DNA of 64,000 bases from Candidatus Undinarchaeota archaeon (GTDB lineage Archaea > SpSt-1190 > JASMDC01): NCBI GenBank assembly GCA_964519305.1, contig CAZFHY010000006.1, positions 86,099 through 150,098 of the forward strand, in the 5' to 3' direction. The notes under the pieces were generated by a model, which worked only from the letters and a program-made list of their open reading frames with translations, was not told where the DNA came from and ran no database searches. The first letter of the stretch is position 1, and every line of letters starts with the position of its first letter. The position numbers were made by a program, and so were the translations under genes. This document shows positions 18,124-27,635 of this stretch, piece by piece.

Positions 18124-18651
18124 TCAGAGCTTTTCGAAAGTGAGGTCCTTGGGTGGCATGCACATGGAGGCCACGGTGATGTGGAGTCGGTCCTCCTCGC
18201 CCTGGTAGATGGCAAGTGTCCGTGCGTCCATGGCGCGACCCTCGGATACCCGGTAGGCCTTGTTCCTGGAGAGGTAGTGGGAGCCGGTGAACGTCACGTC
18301 GAGCCACTTTTCCTCGCTCATGCCGTTGCCCCGTCCTTGTAGATGGAGCCCCTGCTCGTCCTCGTAGATGAGGAGCTTCGGGGCTTCGGGGAGGAGGGAG
18401 TCGGCCTGGATGAGATAGCCGTTGTCCAGCTCCATGTAAGAACCGTTCTCGAAAAGCGACTCTACGAGGTCGAGCTGGTTGTAGAGGGACTCGAGCGCGG
18501 CCCCGGGCACGGGTCTTAGTGAGCCCGCGAACCCGACGTTGTAGCCGGCGGCGGCGGGCGAGGCGAAGGGTTCGAAGACCTCTAGCCCCGATACGTCCAA
18601 TCCGGTCCCGGCCTCGGCCGCGTCCATATCGAGAAGATACATGATCATCAC
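18124..18651 (-). CDS. hypothetical protein
   Basis: 175 aa ORF with balanced composition; overlapping alternative frame 18086-18676 is Arg-rich and rejected; TATA-like tttaaaaa at about 18690 upstream. Confidence 0.4.
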   Translation of the reverse strand: MMIMYLLDMDAAEAGTGLDVSGLEVFEPFASPAAAGYNVGFAGSLRPVPGAALESLYNQLDLVESLFENGSYMELDNGYLIQADSLLPEAPKLLIYEDEQGLHLQGRGNGMSEEKWLDVTFTGSHYLSRNKAYRVSEGRAMDARTLAIYQGEEDRLHITVASMCMPPKDLTFEKL

Positions 18652-18689
18652 TTGTCCTTGCGGACGGAGGCGACAAGCAATGGTCCGTT

Positions 18690-18850
18690 TTTAAACATTT
18701 TCTTTGGATTTGACACGAAATCGCACGATTTGGGCTTATTCCCCGAAAAAACGGCTATTAAGCCTTAATAACATCTTTGAGCGTCTGTAGGGCGTCGAAG
18801 CGCACCGCATACTTTCATGCTATGTGAACTACCCCTCACCAATTAGAGGG
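18690..18850 (-). ncRNA. putative omega-RNA (reRNA) region at the right end of the tnpB element
   Basis: By analogy with IS200/IS605 TnpB systems the guide RNA overlaps the 3' end of tnpB and extends downstream; an oligo-T run (gccgttttttcgggg on the minus strand) lies near 18745; boundaries not determinable by eye. Confidence 0.25.
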
Positions 18851-20150
18851 GCTTCCCGCTTCGATACTGTTTCCAGCTCCACGGGCGCATCGGGTGGTCC
18901 CCACCCTGAGCGATTCTGAATGTTGATTGCTGCGTTCAGGTCGCGGTCAATGGTAAGGCCGCAGTTCCAGCAGCTATGTACTCGAACCGACAGGTCCTTC
19001 TTCACTAGCATACCACAACGGCTGCACATCTGAGAGGTGTTTTTCGGGTCAACCAGTACTACCTTCCCACCAGCCTCTTCCGCTTTGTAGGTGGTGTACT
19101 GGATGACCTTGTTCCAAGAAGCATCAACAATGGACTTTGCTAGATAGTGGTTTTTCATCATATTGAGGATATCGAGTTTCTCGAAGGTGATGGTCGAGTA
19201 GTTATCAGCAAGCTGACGGGAGAGCTTGTGGGCGAAGTCGGTGCGCTGGTTTCGGACCTTGCGGTGCACTTTGGCAAGCGCCTTCTTAGCCTTTTTCCTA
19301 CGGTTCGAGCCAATCTTTCTTCTTGAGATCCGACGCTGACGCGTCTTGATATTTTTCTCCGACTCTCGGAGGAAGCGTGGATTCTCGATGACGGCCCCAT
19401 CGGAGAGAGTGGCGAAATTCTCAAGGCCGACATCCACGCCGACGGCGATCCCGTCATGTGATCTAGCCTCGACTTTTACCTCACAGGAGAAGACGACGTA
19501 CCACTGATCAACATCGCGCTTGACGGTGCAGGTCTTTATCCTACCTTCGAGCGGTCGATGTAGCTTAATGCGAACGGGACCGATCTTCGAGAGTTTGAGA
19601 TGCTGTTCATCCGGAGAAAGTGAGAAGCCGCTCTGCGGATAGGTGAATGAGTCATATCTCCCCTTGCCCTTGAACCGGGGGTATCCGGGAGTTTCACCGT
19701 TCCTCACACGACGGAAGAACGCGTCGAACGCCTTCCTCAACCTCCGGAGGACATCCTGAAGTACTTGGGAGTGGACCTGTTGCTGATACTCATCCCTGTT
19801 TCCCGGGAGGGCGTCCTGTTGGTCCCTGTAGGTGACGCATCGTTGCTCATCCTTCCAGGCATCCGTGCGTTCTGCAAGTGCGTTGTTATAGAGCCTACGG
19901 CAGGTCTCGAGTGTGAATATTAGAATCGATTCCTGAGACTTGTTCGGATACAGACGATATCTGTAGCTACGTATCACTGTTTCCCCGTCCCCCACCAGAT
20001 ATCCTATTGGATGAAATAGTATTGCCGTGAATAAATAGGACTGGGAGGTGGCGTGCCAGTACTCGTTCAGGAAGTAACTTTCGAGTAAGTCACCTCCCTC
20101 TCGGAAGGCGACATCCCGCCGAAACGTAGAAAAGAGTTAGTCATCATACG
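18700..20150 (-). mobile_element. IS1341-like (tnpB-only) insertion element, approximate boundaries
   Basis: tnpB plus flanking lower-GC ends; imperfect hairpin gggaggtg...cacctccc at 20043-20097 near the putative left end. Confidence 0.45.
18829..19995 (-). CDS. tnpB: IS200/IS605-family transposase accessory protein TnpB (RuvC-like nuclease with zinc finger)
   Basis: 388 aa; canonical N-terminus RSYRYRLYPNKSQ, central RuvC-like region, C-terminal CxxC...CxxC zinc finger (CSRCG...CWNCG); no tnpA adjacent. Confidence 0.85.
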   Translation of the reverse strand: MGDGETVIRSYRYRLYPNKSQESILIFTLETCRRLYNNALAERTDAWKDEQRCVTYRDQQDALPGNRDEYQQQVHSQVLQDVLRRLRKAFDAFFRRVRNGETPGYPRFKGKGRYDSFTYPQSGFSLSPDEQHLKLSKIGPVRIKLHRPLEGRIKTCTVKRDVDQWYVVFSCEVKVEARSHDGIAVGVDVGLENFATLSDGAVIENPRFLRESEKNIKTRQRRISRRKIGSNRRKKAKKALAKVHRKVRNQRTDFAHKLSRQLADNYSTITFEKLDILNMMKNHYLAKSIVDASWNKVIQYTTYKAEEAGGKVVLVDPKNTSQMCSRCGMLVKKDLSVRVHSCWNCGLTIDRDLNAAINIQNRSGWGPPDAPVELETVSKREAPLIGEG

Positions 20151-20151
20151 A

Positions 20152-21471
20152 GTGGTCATGCGGGTGCTCCTCCTGGCCCCACGCGTGACGGAGGGCGAGT
20201 CCACTCTTCCTTTGGGGCTGGCTTATATCGCCTCCGTGCTCGAGGCCGATGGATGCGAGGTCCTTGGACGCGACCTATCCTTCACAGGACCTGAGGACGT
20301 TGCACAGGAGGCCGCCGACCTAGAGGTGGACGTGGTGCTCGCATCCTCGCTCACCAGCACCCTGGGCCAGGTGTCGGCAGCATGTGACAAGCTCCGACGC
20401 GCGACGGGGGTCCCTATCGCCCTGGGCGGCCCTCACGCCACAGCTCTACCGACCCACGCACTGGACGCCGGTGGCTTCGACGCTGTGCTGGTTGGCGAGG
20501 GTGAGGACCGGGTGCTCCCGCTCGTCAGGGCACTGTCCGGGAGCGGCCGGTTGACACGCGTCCCCGGACTCCGCCTCCCCGATGGTGCGTCAACGGGCCC
20601 GGCTCTGTCGCCTCCCGATCCGGATGCTCTTCCCTTTCCACGACGAGATGCCTTCCCCGAGAGCTTGTACTCGGGCATGCCATCCCGGGGTCCGTATACT
20701 CCGCTCATCACCTCTCGCGGGTGTGGTCGCCGGTGCGCTCACTGTCCTTCCCGTTCCCTCGTGGGGGGTCCGAGACGGCGTTCTCCGGACAACGTGGCCG
20801 ACGAGGTGGAACACATACTCTCGTGCGGGTACCGTGAGGTCCACGTGGAGGATGATGGTTTCACCGAGGACCGGGGCCATGTGCTTGGAATCTGTGATGC
20901 CTTCAAGGAGCGTGGACTGGACATCGACTGGGCGTGCACCAACGGGCTCCATCCGGACGACCTGGACGAGGGCCTTCTAGCTTCCATGGCCGGGGCCGGT
21001 TGTTACTCGATCGCCCTGGGTATCGAGTCCCTTGACCGATCTACCCTGGCCACTCTGTGCAGACCTATGGACCTGGAACGTATCGCAGGACTTGTCCGTG
21101 CGGCCCACGACCACGGTATTGAGGTCTGTGGTTACTTCATGCTCGGCATTCCGGGGATGGAGCTCAATGATGGGGCATCCCTGGCCGACGAGGCACTTGC
21201 CCTTGACCTCGACACCGCCCATTTCTCCGTGTTCTCACCCTTGCCCGGATCACCCATATTCTCCCGTTTGGCAGCTGATGGAGCATCGGTTGATGAGCTG
21301 GTGGCCGGTCGCGTCCCTGGGATGGACCGGGCCACTCTCGAAGTGGAAAGTACTCGGGCGTACCGCCGCTTCTACGCGGGGCACAAGGGAGTTGCCGTGG
21401 CACGCAAGGCCCTTTCCACTGGCAGACCGCTCGAGCCGATAGTCAAAAAGTTTAAAGACTGGTTCGTCTAA
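20152..21471 (+). CDS. B12-binding domain radical SAM protein (class B)
   Basis: 439 aa; N-terminal B12-binding-like region, CGRRCAHC radical SAM motif. Confidence 0.75.
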   Translation: MVMRVLLLAPRVTEGESTLPLGLAYIASVLEADGCEVLGRDLSFTGPEDVAQEAADLEVDVVLASSLTSTLGQVSAACDKLRRATGVPIALGGPHATALPTHALDAGGFDAVLVGEGEDRVLPLVRALSGSGRLTRVPGLRLPDGASTGPALSPPDPDALPFPRRDAFPESLYSGMPSRGPYTPLITSRGCGRRCAHCPSRSLVGGPRRRSPDNVADEVEHILSCGYREVHVEDDGFTEDRGHVLGICDAFKERGLDIDWACTNGLHPDDLDEGLLASMAGAGCYSIALGIESLDRSTLATLCRPMDLERIAGLVRAAHDHGIEVCGYFMLGIPGMELNDGASLADEALALDLDTAHFSVFSPLPGSPIFSRLAADGASVDELVAGRVPGMDRATLEVESTRAYRRFYAGHKGVAVARKALSTGRPLEPIVKKFKDWFV

Positions 21472-21481
21472 CGCCCACCTT

Positions 21482-22897
21482 ATGGGCAAGCGTGTGGTTT
21501 TCCTTCGGGCCGATCCGGAACGGCTCTCGCCGGGACACCACCCGCGCAACGCCTACCCCTGCATGAACATCCGTTACAGTGCCTCCGTGGCCATGGCCAT
21601 GGGGTACGATGTGGAGGTCATCGACATGGCAGCGAGCCTGCCGAGCGGCACACTGGCCGAATCGGTGGCCGCAGCACGACCTGACGCAGTAGTATGCGAT
21701 GTCATCACCCCTGCCGTCCAGTTCACTCTTGACGCCGTCGAGCGGATCGGGGTCCCGGTCCTCGCTATGGGACAGCATTCATCGGCGCTACCGCGGACAT
21801 TACTCGATAGAGAGGGGCCGGTGGACGGCTGTATCGTGGGCGAGGCCGAACAAACGCTCCAAGAGGCACTGCCCGCTATCATGGCAGGGGACCTGTCATC
21901 CCTTGCCGGAATGGCCGGGCTCGTTGTCCGGTCACCCGATGGGCCCATCGAAGGACCGCCCCGCGCTCCTCTCGAGCGGCTCGATGAGCTCCCCTATCAG
22001 GCCCATACCTCTCACCACGGGAGCTACTACACGCACTATCCTATTCGGACCCGGGGCCGCCGTCGGTTCGGTTTCATCGAGGCGGGCCGTGGCTGCCCGC
22101 ACTCGTGCTTATTCTGTTCACAGACACTGCGGATATCCTATGGCAACCGGGTCCGGCTACGATCGCACGAGAGCGTGGCCGCTGAGGTCGATTATCTCGT
22201 CCGTGAGCTCGATGTGAACGCGCTCGTGTTCCTGGACGACGCCTTCTGTCTCGATCACAAGTTCGCCCATGGCATCTGCGACTCCCTTATCGAACGGGGG
22301 CTCAACGACAAGGTGTCATGGCTGGTGCAGACCCGTGTAGACGCGGTCGACGAGGACCTACTGACCCACATGCGTGAGGCTGGCTGCTCCTCAGTCTGCT
22401 TCGGTGTCGAGTCAGGCAGCCAGCGTGTGCTAGATGTGTTGCGCAAGGGCGTCAAGCTCGACCAGATCCGGGCAGCGTTCCAGATGGCACATGATGCGGA
22501 CCTCCTCAGGGTCGGGTTCTTCATGCTCGGTAATCCGACAGAGACCCGGGAGGAGCTTGAGAGCACCAAGGCCTTCTGCCGTGAGCTTGCCCCGGACTTC
22601 ATTCAGGTCGCGTTCTTCACGGCGTACCCGGGCTCGGCCGCTTGGGCGGAATGGGGCGACACGACCGACTACGACTCCTACACCCACTATAACGCAGTGA
22701 TCAGCAACCGGAGCGAAATGAGCAATGAGGAACTGATCGAGCTCCATCGGGAGTTCTATCTCACCTTCCTTTCCCGTCCGGACTTCGTCGCACGCTATGC
22801 CCGCTACCGTCTTCCCAGGGCCCTTGCGAACTGGCGCGAGGAAGCGGAGCTGATGCGGACGGCGTTCGGGTTCTTCACGTCCCAGCACAGTGATTAG
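21482..22897 (+). CDS. B12-binding domain radical SAM protein (class B)
   Basis: 471 aa; CPHSCLFC radical SAM motif; follows previous rSAM gene by 10 nt. Confidence 0.75.
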   Translation: MGKRVVFLRADPERLSPGHHPRNAYPCMNIRYSASVAMAMGYDVEVIDMAASLPSGTLAESVAAARPDAVVCDVITPAVQFTLDAVERIGVPVLAMGQHSSALPRTLLDREGPVDGCIVGEAEQTLQEALPAIMAGDLSSLAGMAGLVVRSPDGPIEGPPRAPLERLDELPYQAHTSHHGSYYTHYPIRTRGRRRFGFIEAGRGCPHSCLFCSQTLRISYGNRVRLRSHESVAAEVDYLVRELDVNALVFLDDAFCLDHKFAHGICDSLIERGLNDKVSWLVQTRVDAVDEDLLTHMREAGCSSVCFGVESGSQRVLDVLRKGVKLDQIRAAFQMAHDADLLRVGFFMLGNPTETREELESTKAFCRELAPDFIQVAFFTAYPGSAAWAEWGDTTDYDSYTHYNAVISNRSEMSNEELIELHREFYLTFLSRPDFVARYARYRLPRALANWREEAELMRTAFGFFTSQHSD

Positions 22898-23601
22898 GCG
22901 CGTCCGGTGAGCCGGAGCACGCCTTCCCGGAGCAGGGGGCGGAGGATTGAGTACCAGTCGAGGAAGGGCCGCATCTTGCTATACCCCTTCTTCTCATCGA
23001 AGCGCTTGGTCACGGGGACCTCGGTGTAACGGTAGCGCTTGACCGCCTGGATGAGCATATAGGGCTCGAACTCGTACCGGTCGAGCCACGGGGCCGAGAG
23101 GTCGAGCTCCTTTACCAGCTTGATCTTATAGGCGCGAAAGCCGTTCGAGGCGTCCGTTACCTTCTTCCCGGTCACCAGCCGGAACGTGATCGTGAACAGG
23201 TGGGTGGTCACACGTCTGAAGAGCGGGATGTCCGGGTGTCCCTCGAGGTACCGGGAACCTTGGACCAGATCGTTCCCTTCGAAGAGCGGGTCCAGTAGGT
23301 TTGGTATCTCGGCCGGCTCGTCCTGGTCGTCCCCTGCTATCGCCACGATGATGTCGTACCCCTTCTCCATGGCATAGGCCTGGACGCGCCGGGTGAGGAA
23401 TCCCGGGCCACGGTTGACATCATTACGTAGTACGGTCGCACCGGCCTCTTTGGCCTCTTTCCCCGTGCGGTCGGTACTGCCGTCGTCAACGACCACGAAC
23501 TCGTCAACGATATCCCAAGGGACCTTGCGCACTGTGCGGCCGATCTTGCCTTCCTCGTTGAAGGCGCCGGTCATGAGCAGAACGCGCTTGCCCCGGTACA
23601 C
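22894..23601 (-). CDS. family 2 glycosyltransferase (dolichyl-phosphate sugar synthase-like)
   Basis: ORF track 22894-23736; GT2 signature ...AFNEEGKIG...VVVDDGSTD...; start uncertain (GTG 23601/23619 or ATG 23574) because the maximal extension overlaps the upstream gene. Confidence 0.65.
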   Translation of the reverse strand: MYRGKRVLLMTGAFNEEGKIGRTVRKVPWDIVDEFVVVDDGSTDRTGKEAKEAGATVLRNDVNRGPGFLTRRVQAYAMEKGYDIIVAIAGDDQDEPAEIPNLLDPLFEGNDLVQGSRYLEGHPDIPLFRRVTTHLFTITFRLVTGKKVTDASNGFRAYKIKLVKELDLSAPWLDRYEFEPYMLIQAVKRYRYTEVPVTKRFDEKKGYSKMRPFLDWYSILRPLLREGVLRLTGRA

Positions 23602-23632
23602 ATCAAGCGGACAGGCCACATGCTTTAAAAGT

Positions 23633-24649
23633 TCAGGGGAAGGGGACCGGTGCCCGGTCCTCGGCCGAGCGCAAGGCCGCTTCCGCCATGCGCACCGACT
23701 GGACGCCCACCTCACCCGAGGTCCGTGGCGTCTCACCGGTCCTGACGCAGTCCAGGAAGTGCTCTATCTCCAAGCGAAGGGGTTCGTGCTGATCGATAAA
23801 GGGCTGTGAGACGTTCCCCATCCGGCGCATGGCCCTGAACGCTCCGTAGGAATCGTAGCGGTAACCGTTGGACTCCAGGAATGCCAGATAGTCGAAGTCG
23901 AACACGTTGAGCTGCGGTGTGATGCTGTCGAGCTGCGCCGAGCGCGCCTCTCCCACAAGCCACATCTCACGCACTTTTCGTGGGGTGAGCCAGCTGACTG
24001 TGATGTTGGCCAGGATGTTATCGGGGAATCGGAGTGTGATGAACGCCACATCCTCGAACGGCGTCTGGGGCAGAACTGAGCTGGACGTTGCGGAGATCTC
24101 TATGGGGGTCGCGCCCAGTAATAGGCAGACCGTGTCGAAGTCGTGGACGGCGAAATCGAAGATGACACCACAATCCAGGCGAGGTGTGCGGAATCCGATA
24201 CGCGAGCAGTGGAGCATGTAGATCTTACCGAATGTATCGGAATCGATCTCTCGCTTGAGCGCCATCACTGATGGATCGAACCTGAAGATATGGCCCACTT
24301 GGAGGGTGAGCCCATCCTTCCTGGCTATCTTCATAAGGTCCTCGCACGCAGGGGAGTTCAGTGCGAAGGGCTTTTCCACAAGGAGATGCTTTCCTGCTTC
24401 CAGAACGGCGCGGGCCACGTCCGCGTGAGTGGCCGCAGGTGTGCAGACGCACACGGCATCTATGTCGCTCCTGGAGAGCAAAGAGTCCATGTCCTCGGTG
24501 GTATCGACCCCGAAGGAGCGTTCGATCATCCGACAACGGGACCCACTGATGTCACAGACCTGGACAAGGTCGGTATGGGGCAGCTCGGTGAGTACGCGAA
24601 CGTGGTTCTTGCCCCACTCGCCGACCCCTATGACCCCGACACCGACCAT
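23633..24649 (-). CDS. Gfo/Idh/MocA family NAD(P)-dependent oxidoreductase (sugar dehydrogenase-like)
   Basis: 338 aa; N-terminal Rossmann motif VGVIGVGEWG, EKP motif (HLLVEKPFAL). Confidence 0.75.
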   Translation of the reverse strand: MVGVGVIGVGEWGKNHVRVLTELPHTDLVQVCDISGSRCRMIERSFGVDTTEDMDSLLSRSDIDAVCVCTPAATHADVARAVLEAGKHLLVEKPFALNSPACEDLMKIARKDGLTLQVGHIFRFDPSVMALKREIDSDTFGKIYMLHCSRIGFRTPRLDCGVIFDFAVHDFDTVCLLLGATPIEISATSSSVLPQTPFEDVAFITLRFPDNILANITVSWLTPRKVREMWLVGEARSAQLDSITPQLNVFDFDYLAFLESNGYRYDSYGAFRAMRRMGNVSQPFIDQHEPLRLEIEHFLDCVRTGETPRTSGEVGVQSVRMAEAALRSAEDRAPVPFP

Positions 24650-24755
24650 GGGTGGGCGGAGATAAGTTAATTACATAAACCTTCCGCGGGGCCGCCGGGA
24701 ATACCGGCACGCCACCCCGGTTCGGTTATAATACGATGAACGCCTCCTCCTAGCC

Positions 24756-25049
24756 ATGCGATGGCAGCGGCAATCGGAGATGGTCCTGATCAGGGAGATC
24801 GGCAAGCGTGGGGGTCTTCTGCCCATGCAGGTGGCTTCCCCCCTACTCGCCGATAGCCTGGGCATCTCGCGGGAGTTCGCTTCGGACCTCGTGAGAAGCT
24901 TGGTCCGTTCCCAGAGGCTGGCCGCTCACCAAAGCTTTTTATCTATCAACAACCATATCAGGTGTCAGTGTGGGGCGCGGATGTTCCCCGCCGCCTTGGC
25001 CCGAACGGGAGGCGTGTGCCCGCACTGCAGAAGGATGATGACCACCTGA
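24756..25049 (+). CDS. small putative DNA-binding protein with C-terminal zinc ribbon
   Basis: 97 aa; helix-turn-helix-like segment (LGISREFASDLVRSL) and CQC...CPHC motif; TATA-like ggttataata about 25 nt upstream. Confidence 0.35.
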   Translation: MRWQRQSEMVLIREIGKRGGLLPMQVASPLLADSLGISREFASDLVRSLVRSQRLAAHQSFLSINNHIRCQCGARMFPAALARTGGVCPHCRRMMTT

Positions 25050-25057
25050 TCATTATC

Positions 25058-26056
25058 TCATGTTCCCAACCTCCCTTTTTCTTTTTTAGTTCCCCAGGGT
25101 GTGGATTCGGTCCACACCCTGCGGAACTCTTTTGTGAAGCTCGCACCCAACCGTCCGTTTCGGATAACGAGAATGTTCTCGTCGTTCCCCATTAGCCCGC
25201 TCTTGGTCGGATTCGCAGAGCCGGTCACTACAGTCTCACCATCGACGATGAAGGTCTTATGGTGCATCATACCCTTGTTCCCGTCCGCCCTGACATCAGC
25301 ACCTGCAGCCAGGACAGCAGAGCACCGTTCCCAGCGTCTGGCCTGGACGCGTTCGCATACTCCTGATACCGAGACCCCCCGATGGACGGCTCGGGACAAC
25401 GCCTCGGCCACAGCACCATCGGTGAAGGAGAATGCAAGGAACTGGACCTCCCGCTCCGCACCGTCTATCGCATCGACGATTACCTCACGGCAGCCATCGT
25501 CGGGGCAGAACGCGACCTGGAGGGAGGTCCCGCCCAGCTCCATAACAGGGGATGACGTGGACCCTCCGGTAGAGAACACACCCGCCCATAGCTCTTCGAA
25601 CTCAGCTGTATAGGCGGCCGACAGAAGTCGGGAGCGTACTTGGAGGAGAACGTTATCGTTCCGCGCTGCGCCCCTTCCTGTCGGATTGAATGACCCGGTC
25701 ACGACAAGCTGGTCATCGATGATGCAGAACTTGTTGTGCATCAGGGCACGCTCGGCATGTCCCCGTCGGACTGGGATCCCCGCCGGTACATCACCCCCGT
25801 GGACTACAACACGCGCGCGGGTCCGTCTTAGGGCGGCGATCACAGCCGGATGATCCACATCATAGAATGCACAGCTCACAGAGCTATGTGCTGAGAGGAT
25901 CGCTGCGGCCAGTAACTCCCCGCAAGGTTCATGCGGACAGAAGTGCACAAGGGGTATGGGGGCAGCCTCGTACGGGATGCTGTCGACCTGCCAGCGAGCG
26001 GCCACAGCAGCACATGTCACAAGGACGATAATCGATAGAAGAGGCCTCAGTCGCAT
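25058..26056 (-). CDS. secreted phospholipase D-family (HKD) protein
   Basis: Two HxK(x)4D motifs (HNKFCIIDD, HHKTFIVDG); start set at MRLRPLLSIIVLVTCAAVA (signal peptide); longer ORF-track extension to 26563 rejected as shadow of the divergent gene. Confidence 0.6.
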   Translation of the reverse strand: MRLRPLLSIIVLVTCAAVAARWQVDSIPYEAAPIPLVHFCPHEPCGELLAAAILSAHSSVSCAFYDVDHPAVIAALRRTRARVVVHGGDVPAGIPVRRGHAERALMHNKFCIIDDQLVVTGSFNPTGRGAARNDNVLLQVRSRLLSAAYTAEFEELWAGVFSTGGSTSSPVMELGGTSLQVAFCPDDGCREVIVDAIDGAEREVQFLAFSFTDGAVAEALSRAVHRGVSVSGVCERVQARRWERCSAVLAAGADVRADGNKGMMHHKTFIVDGETVVTGSANPTKSGLMGNDENILVIRNGRLGASFTKEFRRVWTESTPWGTKKEKGRLGT

Positions 26057-26079
26057 GAAAAGAAGAGCGGCCTGACAAA

Positions 26080-26092
26080 CCTTTTTAAACCT
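26080..26092 (+). promoter_or_regulatory. TATA-box-like element (ctttttaaacc)
   Basis: About 22-30 nt upstream of ATG 26112. Confidence 0.35.
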
Positions 26093-26111
26093 GCGACGGG
26101 AACGTTCCACT

Positions 26112-27635
26112 ATGCCTGAGTCCCTGGCGCCATATGTAGCACAGCTGCTACGCCAGGGGTATACGAAAGACCAGGTGCATGACACCCTCAGGGAGCAGGG
26201 ATGGGAGGATAAGGCCATCAGCGAGGCTCTAGAGCAGGCGACAGTGCTCGCTGAACAACCCGAACCGCGGCTCGCCCCCTTTCCCAAACCCATGGTCCCG
26301 CCGGCGGTAGTGGCCGGGGTCTTGGGAATAATCGTAGTGATCGTGTTCGCGTCCATGTTCATGGGCGGCTCGGAGCCAACGCCGGTGGAGCCCACGCCCA
26401 CACCACGCGCTACACCTGAGCCCACCCCTGAGCCCACGGTCGCACCTACAGCCACGCCGAAACCGGAACCGAAGGGATTGGGCGTCGACCTGGTCGGAGT
26501 GACGGTGCGTTCCAAGGACGAGACCCAGTTCCTCCACCGCGACTTCACTGTTGACGCGATCAAGCTCGTGTACGATGTCCTATCTGCGCCGAGCGCGCAG
26601 GAGCGTTACGAGTCGATCCAGAAATTCGTGGGATATTGTAAGAACAGGACCTTCCCTAATCCCGAGCTCGACCGTGAGCTCGAGGAAATGGACAAGGACA
26701 TGGAGAACTACAAGTTCTACTTGGAGACCAACAACATACCCAAGGCCACAGAGGTCCTGGAAAACGATATTTTCGGACGATTCAGCGCGAAGCGTGTCGA
26801 GGGACCATTACCCGTCACCGTCTCGCTGAGCTACGGGACCGGTCTTGTCCTCAACCTGACCTCCACGACCCAGCTCATTGGTTTGAACACGCTCTGGGAG
26901 ACATCCCATCTCATCCAACCGAACATCCCTGATGACGTGTGGACCGGGGTGTGGGACGAGGCGTGGACGAACACGTTCCCCGCGGGTGCTGAGCGCTCAT
27001 CCTTCACCGTGGACATGCTCTATCTTGACCAGACCACGCTCGAAGTGACCCCGCCGCGGTCGGCGGCGTTCAAGTATTACGGGAAGAGCGGCCTGCGATC
27101 GCTACAGGGGGATGGCTACACGATTCCGAGCTTCGAGGCCGTGCTGATCTACCAGATCGGAGGCGAGGTGTGCACCCAGACCGAGCGGACATGGTCCGGC
27201 GGGAATGTCGGACAGTGGGTTTGCCCCGAAAGGGTGAAGGAGGGTGAGTTCTTCGTCAAGAAGAACGTGACCTTTTCGTTCCTGGACCTCTCGCCAGTGC
27301 AGGGGAACCTTACGGCCGTCTATCGTACCGAGCTCAAGGCGAGCATCAGTGGCAATCCCATCGACCTCACTTTCCTGTTCCTTGAAGGGAAGGAGCCATT
27401 CTCCAAATCATCGGCCTCCGCCCTCCTCAAGGACCTGAAGCTCAATATCTATACTGCAGAGACCGAAGGGACGGCAAAATGTCCCGTCCACGTCGTCGAC
27501 GCTTACACAAATGCACCGGTCAGCTATGTAGCGGCCGTTGCTGTGGGCGAGTACATGATGGTTATGTACGCCGACGACAAGCCCAATCCAGCCTACTTCC
27601 GCAGTCTGGCCGATGCACTGTGCACAAAGGTCTAG
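26112..27635 (+). CDS. type-II membrane protein of the same N-terminal-module family, large extracellular domain
   Basis: 507 aa; N-terminus APYVAQLLRQGYTKDQVHDTLREQGWEDKAISEAL, TM helix, Pro/Thr-rich linker. Confidence 0.5.
   Translation: MPESLAPYVAQLLRQGYTKDQVHDTLREQGWEDKAISEALEQATVLAEQPEPRLAPFPKPMVPPAVVAGVLGIIVVIVFASMFMGGSEPTPVEPTPTPRATPEPTPEPTVAPTATPKPEPKGLGVDLVGVTVRSKDETQFLHRDFTVDAIKLVYDVLSAPSAQERYESIQKFVGYCKNRTFPNPELDRELEEMDKDMENYKFYLETNNIPKATEVLENDIFGRFSAKRVEGPLPVTVSLSYGTGLVLNLTSTTQLIGLNTLWETSHLIQPNIPDDVWTGVWDEAWTNTFPAGAERSSFTVDMLYLDQTTLEVTPPRSAAFKYYGKSGLRSLQGDGYTIPSFEAVLIYQIGGEVCTQTERTWSGGNVGQWVCPERVKEGEFFVKKNVTFSFLDLSPVQGNLTAVYRTELKASISGNPIDLTFLFLEGKEPFSKSSASALLKDLKLNIYTAETEGTAKCPVHVVDAYTNAPVSYVAAVAVGEYMMVMYADDKPNPAYFRSLADALCTKV

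Noticed and set aside
18086-18676. Arg-rich 196-aa ORF overlapping 18124-18651
   Set aside because: Extreme Arg/Gly content; alternative frame has ordinary composition
26057-26563. N-terminal extension of the PLD-like ORF (ORF track 25058-26563)
   Set aside because: Gly/Val/Ser-rich low-complexity translation lying antisense to the 26112-27635 gene; a proper signal-peptide start exists at 26056
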